A DNA stretch of 36,121 nt from an uncultured Oscillospiraceae bacterium (GCA_944387735.1 CALXGF010000068.1:1-36121); one strand, 5' to 3'; counted from the first letter of the stretch, positions 16,099 to 23,878 are shown. The notes: generated by a model from the letters alone, not told the origin. Numbers and translations are program-made.

Positions 16099-17271
16099 AT
16101 GGACAACAAGAAAAAAAATATAATAATAATCGGCGCAAACGAATTTCAGAATCCCCTCATTCTCTCCGCTAAGGCCATGGGCTACGCCACCCATGTCTTC
16201 GCCTGGCAGAGCGGCGACCTGGGGGAACGCAGCGCAGATTATTTCTATCCTATCAGCATAGTGGAGACGGACAGGATTCTGAACATCTGCCGTATGCTCT
16301 CCCCGGCGGGCGTGGTCTCCATTGGCTCGGACCTGGCCGCCATAACCGTAAACTACATCGCCCAGGAGCTGGGCCTTACCGGCAACGGTATGGAAAGCGC
16401 CATGGCAGCCACCAACAAGCACCTCATGCGCCTGGCCTTTGAAAAGGCGGGGCTGCCCTCCTGCAAAAGCCGCCTGGTATCTTCTCCTGTGGAGGCGGAG
16501 GCCCTAAAGCTCGCTTACCCCGTCATCGTCAAGCCCACGGACCGCTCCGGCAGCCGGGGCGTCTTCAAGGTGACGGAGCCCTCCCAGCTGCCCTCAGCCA
16601 TAGAGAAGGCCATGGGCCACTCCTTTGAAAAGAAAGCTCTGGTGGAGGAATTTGCCCCCGGCAGGGAATACAGCATAGAGTACCTATCCTGGCAAGGCGA
16701 GCATCACTTCCTGGCCTGCACAGAGAAATTTACCACCGGCGCCCCCCTATTTGTGGAGACCGGGCACCTTCAGCCCCCCCTGCATATGACGGAGGACCTT
16801 CTCGGCCAAATACAGGACCTGGTTCCCAGAGTTCTGGACTGCTTGGGTATCCGCTTCGGCGCCTCCCACACGGAGCTGAAAATAGACGAGAACGGGAAAA
16901 TCCGTATCATAGAGTGCGGCGGCCGTATGGGGGGGGACTGCATCGGCTCAGACCTGGTATACATCAGCCGGGGCGTGGACTTCGTGGGAGCCTGCGTTGA
17001 CGTATCCTGCGGCAAAGCCCCGGATCTGAGGCCCAAGCAGCCGCCTCGTATCTCCGCCATACGCTTTATATTCAATCAGCGGGACCTGGACGACCTGGAG
17101 CTTATCCGCCGCAATCATCCCCAGGCTATATACCGCATAAGCGATATTCTTCCCCTGGACGGTCGGGAGATAAGCGACAGTTCCACCCGCTACGGCTTCT
17201 ATATCCTGGCCACCGAAACTATGGAAGAAATGCAGGACATCCTGAGCAAGCTTGACTTTGATTTGAACTGA
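16099..17271 (+). CDS. ATP-grasp carboxylate-amine ligase (L-amino-acid-ligase/PurK-like fold)
   Basis: MDNKKKNIIIIGANEFQ forms a pre-ATP-grasp Rossmann-like N-terminus. Further motifs: YPVIVKPTDRSGSRGV, EEFAPGREYSIE and SHTELKIDENGKIRIIECGGRMGGD (Mg/ATP site). GGAG lies 5 nt upstream of the ATG. An alternative GTG at 16084 overlaps the upstream stop. Confidence 0.85.
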   Translation: MDNKKKNIIIIGANEFQNPLILSAKAMGYATHVFAWQSGDLGERSADYFYPISIVETDRILNICRMLSPAGVVSIGSDLAAITVNYIAQELGLTGNGMESAMAATNKHLMRLAFEKAGLPSCKSRLVSSPVEAEALKLAYPVIVKPTDRSGSRGVFKVTEPSQLPSAIEKAMGHSFEKKALVEEFAPGREYSIEYLSWQGEHHFLACTEKFTTGAPLFVETGHLQPPLHMTEDLLGQIQDLVPRVLDCLGIRFGASHTELKIDENGKIRIIECGGRMGGDCIGSDLVYISRGVDFVGACVDVSCGKAPDLRPKQPPRISAIRFIFNQRDLDDLELIRRNHPQAIYRISDILPLDGREISDSSTRYGFYILATETMEEMQDILSKLDFDLN

Positions 17272-17285
17272 CTGGGTGTTTTCCT

Positions 17286-18227
17286 ATGAAACTTGTGTCC
17301 TTTGTTATACCCTGCTACCGCTCTGCGTCCACTATCTCCTCAGTAGTGGCGGAGATAAACTCCGCTATGGAGGACCTGCCGGACTATGGCCATGAGATAG
17401 TCCTGGTGAACGACTGCTCCCCGGACGGCACCTTCTCCGTTATAGAGGGCCTCGCCCGGTTGGACAGACGCATTATTGCAGTTGACCTGGCCAAAAACTT
17501 CGGCCAGCACGCCGCCATCATGGCGGGCCTCCGCCATTGCGGCGGAGACTATATAGTCTGTCTAGATGACGACGGCCAGACCCCGGCCGATGAAGTGGGG
17601 AAGCTTCTGAGCAAGCTGGAGGAGGGCTACGACGTGGTCTACGCCTCCTACGGCCACCACAAGCAGCACAGCTTTTTCCGCAATTTCGGCAGCTGGCTCA
17701 ACGGCAAGATGACGGAAATAATGCTGGGCAAGCCCAAAAATCTCTCCCTTACCAGCTATTTTGCCGCCCAACGCTTCATTATAGACGAGATGCTCCGCTA
17801 TGAGCATTGCTTCCCCTATGTGATGGGCCTGGTGCTGCGCTCAACCAAAAACATCTGTAATGTGCCTGTAAACCACCGGCAGCGCCGGGAGGGCAGCTCC
17901 GGCTATACCCTGGGCAAGCTGCTGAACCTGTGGATGAACGGCTTCACCTCCTTCTCCATAAAGCCCCTGCGCCTGGCCAGCTACCTGGGCTGTCTCACCG
18001 CATTTATAGGCTTTATCTACGCCATAATAATCGTTATTAGATACTTTACCGTACACATGGCCCCTATGGGCTGGAGCTCAACCACCGCTCTGCTGCTTAT
18101 CCTGGGCGGCATCATACTGCTGGTGCTTGGCCTGGTGGGAGAATATGTGGGGCGCATATTCATGTGCATCAACGCTTCTCCACAGTATGTGGAGCGGAAA
18201 GTCGTCAAAAACGGAAGGGAGGAATAA
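17286..18227 (+). CDS. GT2-family polyprenyl-phosphate glycosyltransferase (ArnC/GtrB/CsbB-like), copy B
   Basis: About 74% identical to copy A by my hand alignment (roughly 231 of 313 residues). Same GT-A motifs and the same two C-terminal TM helices. Confidence 0.85.
   Translation: MKLVSFVIPCYRSASTISSVVAEINSAMEDLPDYGHEIVLVNDCSPDGTFSVIEGLARLDRRIIAVDLAKNFGQHAAIMAGLRHCGGDYIVCLDDDGQTPADEVGKLLSKLEEGYDVVYASYGHHKQHSFFRNFGSWLNGKMTEIMLGKPKNLSLTSYFAAQRFIIDEMLRYEHCFPYVMGLVLRSTKNICNVPVNHRQRREGSSGYTLGKLLNLWMNGFTSFSIKPLRLASYLGCLTAFIGFIYAIIIVIRYFTVHMAPMGWSSTTALLLILGGIILLVLGLVGEYVGRIFMCINASPQYVERKVVKNGREE
17610..17652 (+). repeat. 43-nt run identical to 14761-14803 (inside GT2 copy B)
   Basis: Same 43-mer as in copy A. 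A second shared run of 27 nt lies at 15075-15101 and 17927-17953. Confidence 0.9.
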
Positions 18228-18229
18228 AC

Positions 18230-19030
18230 ATGGCCGTATTGGGATTTATAGGCGTGGGCAACATGGGCGGCGCCCTGGCCAGGGCCGCTGCGGCGAGGGT
18301 GCCCGGTTCTTCCCTGCTGCTGGCAAACCGCAGCCGTGAAAAGGCGGAAAAGCTGGCGGCGGAGCTGGGGGCCGTGGTCTCGGACAATTTCTCCGTCGCC
18401 GCTCGGGCCGACTATATTTTCCTGGCAGTCAAACCCCAGGCGCTCCCCGGGGTACTGGCGGAGCTGGCGCCGGCGCTGGCCGGGAGAAAAAGCCCCTTCG
18501 TGCTTGTAAGCATGGCAGCCGGAACCTCTATAGAAAAAGTCCGGCAGCTCGCCGGGGACGCCTGGCCGGTGATACGCATTATGCCCAATACCCCCGCTTC
18601 CATAGGCAAGGGCATGATACTCTATGCCCCCGGCCCCGATGTCCCGGAGGAGCGGCTGAAAGAATTTCTGGAGCTCATGTCCGGCGCCGGACGCTTTACC
18701 CGTCTGGAGGAGCGGCTCATAGACGCCGGGTCCTCCGTCTCAGGCTGCGGCCCGGCCTTTGCCGACCTGTTTATCGAGGCTCTGGCTGACGGGGGAGTGG
18801 CCTGCGGGCTGCCCCGCTCCGCCGCTGTGGAGCTGGCCGCCCAGATGCTCCTGGGCTCGGCGGCCCTGGCGCTGGAAAGCGGAAAGCATCCCGGAGAACT
18901 TAAGGACGCCGTATGCTCCCCCGGGGGCACCACCATTCAGGGAGTGAGAGTCCTGGAAAAAAGCGGCTTTCGCAGCGCAGTCATGGAGGCCGTTATAGCC
19001 GCCTACGAAAAAAATTTTGATCTGAAATAA
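18230..19030 (+). CDS. proC: Pyrroline-5-carboxylate reductase
   Basis: Internal start MAVLGFIGVGNMGGALA (NADPH Rossmann motif). Further motifs: IMPNTPASIGKG, SGCGPAF and CSPGGTTI. The ATG lies 2 nt after the GT2-B stop. Confidence 0.9.
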   Translation: MAVLGFIGVGNMGGALARAAAARVPGSSLLLANRSREKAEKLAAELGAVVSDNFSVAARADYIFLAVKPQALPGVLAELAPALAGRKSPFVLVSMAAGTSIEKVRQLAGDAWPVIRIMPNTPASIGKGMILYAPGPDVPEERLKEFLELMSGAGRFTRLEERLIDAGSSVSGCGPAFADLFIEALADGGVACGLPRSAAVELAAQMLLGSAALALESGKHPGELKDAVCSPGGTTIQGVRVLEKSGFRSAVMEAVIAAYEKNFDLK

Positions 19031-19051
19031 TTTATCCGATTATCCTCAAAA

Positions 19052-19098
19052 ATCTGCCGTATACGGAAAGACTCCGTATACGGCAGATCTTTTATTTT
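19052..19098. terminator. Bidirectional intrinsic terminator between proC (+) and the LysR gene (-)
   Basis: 15-bp perfect stem ATCTGCCGTATACGG / CCGTATACGGCAGAT with a 7-nt loop, then CTTTTATTTT. An A-run upstream could serve the minus strand. Confidence 0.85.
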
Positions 19099-19122
19099 CC
19101 CGACGTTTACCTGTCTAAAAAC

Positions 19123-20094
19123 TCACTTGTTTGCCCAGGCATCCAGCGAACCCTTAGTGTAGTCGGCAAAAAACTTTTTGAAACTGTCCAGCAGCTCCTG
19201 GGTGCCGCCGTGAAGTACTCTCTCCTTGTGGAAGTAGGCGCAGACCCTGTCGATATCCGGCAGATAGGGCAGAGGGAACACATAGATGTTCTTCAGATAG
19301 TCGTTTTGCAGCTCCCTGCCCACCAGGTCCCAGAAGATGCGCGGGTATATGAACACCCCCAGGCCGCTGTTTGCCAGCTGGAAGGCGTTCTCCATATTGG
19401 TCAGCTCGCAGATAAAGCGGGGACTTATATCGTAATACTTGAGATAGCTGGCCAGAGTCCGTCCTCCGGAGGACTGGGGCGGTATCTTTATAAACGGCGC
19501 CTTTTCAAAATATCTCAGGTCGGCGCACTGGGCAAAGCCCTCCGCCACGGAACCGCAGTCCTCTCCGGCAAGGCTTTTCATTATGCTCTTTGGCACCACC
19601 AGCAGCTGTTCCTTTTTGCACAGCTCAACCGTCTCATAGCTCTCCGGCGTGCTGGTAATGGAGCCTATGACCAGGTCCACACCGTCGTGAGTCACCGCCT
19701 TTTGCAGCACTTCCGGGGAAGCCTCGTTCAACTTCACGTAGGTGTCAGGATGGCCCCGGAGATACGCCGGCAATACATAGGGCAACACCGCCCTGGCCAC
19801 CGTGTGCTCAATACCCATGTGTATATACTGGCTGCCGGCGCTGCCCCGGTTGGTGTTCTCCTCATACTGCTGTTTTAAATGCAGTATCTCCTTGGCTACC
19901 CGTAAAAATTGCATCCCGTCCCTGGTGAGGCCCAGGGGGCGGCTGCGCACAAAGAGCTGAGTGCCCAGCTCCTCCTCCAGCTTGGCTATCTGCTTGGAGA
20001 GAGATTGCTGAGAGATAAACAAGTGCTGCGCCGCTACAGATATACTCTTCTCGTCGGCCACAGCAATAAAACTTTTTAACAGTGAAAAATCCAT
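19123..20094 (-). CDS. LysR-family transcriptional regulator
   Basis: N-terminal wHTH MDFSLLKSFIAVADEKSISVAAQHLFISQQSLSKQIAKLEEELGTQLF plus a substrate-binding-type C-terminal domain. Divergent from the TAXI-TRAP genes. Confidence 0.9.
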   Translation of the reverse strand: MDFSLLKSFIAVADEKSISVAAQHLFISQQSLSKQIAKLEEELGTQLFVRSRPLGLTRDGMQFLRVAKEILHLKQQYEENTNRGSAGSQYIHMGIEHTVARAVLPYVLPAYLRGHPDTYVKLNEASPEVLQKAVTHDGVDLVIGSITSTPESYETVELCKKEQLLVVPKSIMKSLAGEDCGSVAEGFAQCADLRYFEKAPFIKIPPQSSGGRTLASYLKYYDISPRFICELTNMENAFQLANSGLGVFIYPRIFWDLVGRELQNDYLKNIYVFPLPYLPDIDRVCAYFHKERVLHGGTQELLDSFKKFFADYTKGSLDAWANK

Positions 20095-20298
20095 TTGCCC
20101 TTTCTCCGCTTATCCGGCTGCGGGGGACCCTGAGCTCCCCGAAAGCCAATTCCAATATTTGCCGTTATTTTTTTGTCAAGCCCTGAATGTCGCTAAAAAT
20201 TTTCTTGCATTGTGCACAATACAGCCTATATATTTCCTTGGTTTTCTGTTACTTATGCAAATGTATGAAAAAACTGTTGCCGGCTTTCAAAAAAACTA

Positions 20299-20327
20299 TT
20301 GCTTTTCTCAACTTTCGGTTGTATTAT
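20299..20327 (+). promoter_or_regulatory. Candidate sigma-70 promoter (TTGCTT, 17-nt spacer, TATTAT) for the TAXI-TRAP genes
   Basis: Hexamers at 20299-20304 and 20322-20327. A second candidate (TTGCAT at 20205-20210, 16-nt spacer, TATATA at 20227-20232) overlaps the palindrome at 20209-20220. I cannot choose between them. Confidence 0.3.
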
Positions 20328-20417
20328 AAACGCAGATAAAGCGTAATGCAAGAGCAATTTGTGTTATGCCCATTAAATTTTTTGTTTCTCTAGGGAGACT
20401 AAATCAGGAGGTCAAGT

Positions 20418-21374
20418 ATGAAAAAGATCATTGCAATCGTTGCACTTCTGTGCATGGTATTTGCCCTGTGCGCCTGCGGAGGCGGCAGCAAGGGAGAAGC
20501 ACTGACTTTCACCACCGGCGGTGAGACGGGTACATACTACGGTTTCGGCAGCGTTATCGCCCAGTATGTTTCCGCCAACACCGACCTTTCCGTCACCGCC
20601 GTCACCAGCAACGGCTCCCAGGCCAACATTGAGGATATGGATGCAGGCTCTTATCAGCTTGGCTTCTGCCAGTCCGCCGTTATGAGCTACGCCTATGCCG
20701 GCACCAACCTCTTTGACGAGACCGGCGCCGTCACCAGCTTCTCTGTTGTAGCTTCTCTGTATATGGAGCAGGTTCAGATCGTCACCATGAACCCCGACAT
20801 CAAGACCGTTGAAGATCTGCGCGGCAAGAGCGTTTCCATCGGCGCTCTGGGCTCCGGCGTCTACTATAACGCCATCGACGTTCTGGGTGTCTACGGCATG
20901 ACCGAGGCCGACATCAACCCCGTTTACCAGAGCTTCGGCGACAGCGCCGAGAGCCTGAAGGACGGTAAGATCGACGCCGCCTTCATCGTGGCCGGCGCTC
21001 CCACCACCGCCATCACCGACCTCTCCACCGGCGGCCAGGTCTACCTGGTGAGCATTGATGACGAGCACATTGACCAGCTCATCGCCAAGTCTCCCTACTA
21101 CAGCAAGTACACCGTTACCGCCGACACCTACGGTATGCCTGAGGATGCTCAGACCGTGGCTATCGCCGCCGTTATCCTGGCCCGTGACGACGTCTCCGAG
21201 GATGCGGTCTACACCTTCGTGTCCACCATCTTCGACAACGTGGATCAGCTCCAGCACGGCAAGGCCGCCGAGCTTGACCTGGCCTTTGCCTCCAGCATTA
21301 CCGACGTGCCCTACCACCCCGGCGCCGCCAAGTACTTCTCCGAGAAGGGCATTGAGGTAGCTTCCGTCAAGTAA
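20418..21374 (+). CDS. TAXI-family TRAP transporter solute-binding lipoprotein
   Basis: Signal peptide with Cys (ALCACGGG). The TAXI signature TFTTGGETGTYYGFG is present. About 320 aa. The fused TRAP permease follows. Confidence 0.9.
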   Translation: MKKIIAIVALLCMVFALCACGGGSKGEALTFTTGGETGTYYGFGSVIAQYVSANTDLSVTAVTSNGSQANIEDMDAGSYQLGFCQSAVMSYAYAGTNLFDETGAVTSFSVVASLYMEQVQIVTMNPDIKTVEDLRGKSVSIGALGSGVYYNAIDVLGVYGMTEADINPVYQSFGDSAESLKDGKIDAAFIVAGAPTTAITDLSTGGQVYLVSIDDEHIDQLIAKSPYYSKYTVTADTYGMPEDAQTVAIAAVILARDDVSEDAVYTFVSTIFDNVDQLQHGKAAELDLAFASSITDVPYHPGAAKYFSEKGIEVASVK

Positions 21375-21405
21375 GCTGCGTCTGCCGTCTGAGATTTAGC
21401 GGTTA

Positions 21406-21440
21406 AAAAGCTACGGCGCTTTTTAGGCGCCGTAGCTTTT
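21406..21440 (+). terminator. Intra-operon intrinsic terminator/attenuator between the TAXI binding protein and the permease
   Basis: 14-bp perfect stem AAAAGCTACGGCGC / GCGCCGTAGCTTTT with a 7-nt loop. The 3' arm ends in TTTT. Confidence 0.7.
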
Positions 21441-21613
21441 CAAGTCATTTAGGGCCCTTATTTTTGAGTCAGAATTCAACCGTTTCCTTTGTTTATTTCC
21501 TAATCTTTACGCTCTCTTGATACATATCCTCCATTTTGAACTTGATTTTTCCTCTGCTTTAGTGCAGAATTATATTTATATATAGTATAACCCAAGCGAA
21601 AGGAGCAAAGTGA

Positions 21614-23590
21614 ATGTCCGTATTTCACAAGCATGATACCCAAGTGGAAGAGACCATAGAAGTTGGCACTGCCGAAGACGTAGAAAAGCTGATGCGTAAG
21701 TACGACAAGGAGTCCAACACCAGGATTTGGGAGGGCAAGCCTGCTCTCATTATCCGGGGCGTCATGGTGCTCTTCTCTCTCTACTGCATCTACTCCACTC
21801 TCTTCAGCGTGGCCGCTCTGGAAAAGCGTCTCACCGCTTTCCTGGCTTTGGTGGTAGTCATGGGTTATCTCACCTACCCCGCCAGCAAGCACCACGTGCG
21901 CCACAATTATATCCCCTGGTATGACTTCGTCTTTATGATAATCGGCGCCGCCTGCTTTATGTATTACTGTGTCAGCTACGACGCCCTGGTAAAGGTACTC
22001 ACCAGCGCCTCAAAAATGACCTGGTTCCAGGTAACTGTCGGCGTCGTGGGCCTGCTGTGCATCATGGAGCTGTGCCGCCGCTGCGTGGGTATCCCCATTC
22101 TCTGTGTGGCCGGCGTGCTGCTTATCTACACCTTCTCCACCGGCATAGGCATGAAGCGGGTGCTCTACACCCTCTTCTTCACCACCAGCGGTATCATGGG
22201 CACCCCGGTGCAGGTCTGCGCCAAGTACATAGTGGTGTTCATCATCTTCGGAGCCTTCCTTGAGCGCACCGGCATCGCCGCCTTCTTTATCGACCTGGCC
22301 AACTCCCTGGTGGGACGCTTCTCCGGCGGCCCGGCCAAGGTGGCCGTTATCTCCTCCGCCCTGTGCGGCATGGTCTCCGGCTCCTCAGTGGGCAACACCG
22401 TCACCACCGGTTCCGTCACTATCCCCATGATGAAAAAGACCGGCTACAAGGGCGAGTTTGCCGGAGCTGTGGAGGCGGCAGCCTCCACCGGCGGCCAGAT
22501 ACTGCCCCCCATCATGGGCGCCGCCGCCTTCCTCATGGCCGAGTACATGAACGTCACCTATGCGGAAGTGGCTCTCAGGGCCATTCTCCCTGCCGTCCTC
22601 TACTTTACCGGCATTTTTATAGCCGTGCATCTTGAGGCCAAAAAGCTCGGCCTCAAGGGCATAGACAAGGCCGAGCTGCCCGTCCTGGGCAAGCTGATGA
22701 CCAAGCTCTACCTCCTGCTGCCCCTGATAGTTCTGGTGGCCCTGGTCACTACCAACACCCGCACCATGCAGTTCTCCGCCACCATCGCCATCCTCTGCGC
22801 CATCGTGGTCAGCCTCTTTGACAAGGATAACCGTATCACCCTGACTAAGATCATGGAGGCCCTGGAGGCCGGCGGAAAGGGCACCATTACCGTTGCTGTG
22901 GCCTGCGCCATGGCAGGCGTTATAGCCGGCTGCATCACCGCCACTGGTCTTGCTTCCAAGCTCATCGGCGCCGTCATTGCCGCCAGCAACGCCGTACCCC
23001 TGGTAGACCCCATGATGGTGGCTCTGTTCCTCACCATGGTCTGCTGCATCATCCTGGGCATGGGCGTGCCCACCACCGCCAACTACTGCATCATGGCCTC
23101 TACCTGCGCCCCCATCCTCATCACCATCGGCGTGCCCAAGATGGCGGCCCACTTCTTCGTGTTCTACTTCGGTATCGTGGCCGATATTACTCCCCCTGTG
23201 GCTCTGGCCGCCTATGCCGGCTCCGCCATTGCCAAGTCCAACCCCATGAAAACCGGTATAAATGCCACGAAGCTGGCTATAGGAGCCTTTGTCGTGCCCT
23301 ATATTTTCTGCCTCAATCCCGCAATGCTCCTTATCGACGTCACACCCCTGGGAGTAATCCAGATAATCATCACCTCACTCTTGGGCATCTTCGGCGTGGC
23401 CGCCGCCATGAACGGCTACCTCTACCGGAAGCTCAACTGGGCCGCCCGCATCGCCATATGCGTGGCGGGCCTCATGATGATGGATCCGGGCTTTGTCACC
23501 GACGTTATCGGTATCGCCCTTATGGCAGTTATCGTGCTCATCCAGTATCTGGGAGCAAAGAAAGCCACCCAGCCTCCCGTGTCCGCATGA
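21614..23590 (+). CDS. TRAP transporter fused (4TM/12TM, DctQM-type) permease, TAXI class
   Basis: 658 aa and highly hydrophobic throughout. The size and the position after a TAXI binding protein fit this class. AAAGGAG RBS upstream. Confidence 0.9.
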   Translation: MSVFHKHDTQVEETIEVGTAEDVEKLMRKYDKESNTRIWEGKPALIIRGVMVLFSLYCIYSTLFSVAALEKRLTAFLALVVVMGYLTYPASKHHVRHNYIPWYDFVFMIIGAACFMYYCVSYDALVKVLTSASKMTWFQVTVGVVGLLCIMELCRRCVGIPILCVAGVLLIYTFSTGIGMKRVLYTLFFTTSGIMGTPVQVCAKYIVVFIIFGAFLERTGIAAFFIDLANSLVGRFSGGPAKVAVISSALCGMVSGSSVGNTVTTGSVTIPMMKKTGYKGEFAGAVEAAASTGGQILPPIMGAAAFLMAEYMNVTYAEVALRAILPAVLYFTGIFIAVHLEAKKLGLKGIDKAELPVLGKLMTKLYLLLPLIVLVALVTTNTRTMQFSATIAILCAIVVSLFDKDNRITLTKIMEALEAGGKGTITVAVACAMAGVIAGCITATGLASKLIGAVIAASNAVPLVDPMMVALFLTMVCCIILGMGVPTTANYCIMASTCAPILITIGVPKMAAHFFVFYFGIVADITPPVALAAYAGSAIAKSNPMKTGINATKLAIGAFVVPYIFCLNPAMLLIDVTPLGVIQIIITSLLGIFGVAAAMNGYLYRKLNWAARIAICVAGLMMMDPGFVTDVIGIALMAVIVLIQYLGAKKATQPPVSA

Positions 23591-23636
23591 GTTTCTGAGG
23601 TCCGGCCGAATAAACACATGTCTCTACAAAATAATG

Positions 23637-23667
23637 AAAAAGCCCCGTCCGACGGACGGGGCTTTTT
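23637..23667. terminator. Bidirectional intrinsic terminator between the TRAP permease (+) and rpmE (-)
   Basis: 14-bp perfect stem AAAAAGCCCCGTCC / GGACGGGGCTTTTT with a 3-nt loop. Confidence 0.85.
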
Positions 23668-23677
23668 CATATCATAA

Positions 23678-23878
23678 TCACTTGATGCCGTACTTCTTGT
23701 TGAACTTATCAACGCGGCCGCTGGTGTCAACCAGCTTCTGCTTGCCGGTGTAGAAGGGGTGGCACTTGGAGCAGATTTCAACGGTGATGTTCTTCTTGGT
23801 GGAGCCGGTCTCGATGACGGCGCCGCAGGCGCATCTGATGGTGGTCTGCTCGTATTTGGGATGGATTCCTTCCTTCAT
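23678..23878 (-). CDS. rpmE: 50S ribosomal protein L31 (zinc-ribbon, type A form)
   Basis: [19 protein letters not shown]...[12 protein letters not shown]. The full L31 signature is present, with CxC and CxxC cysteines. Confidence 0.95.
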   Translation of the reverse strand: MKEGIHPKYEQTTIRCACGAVIETGSTKKNITVEICSKCHPFYTGKQKLVDTSGRVDKFNKKYGIK

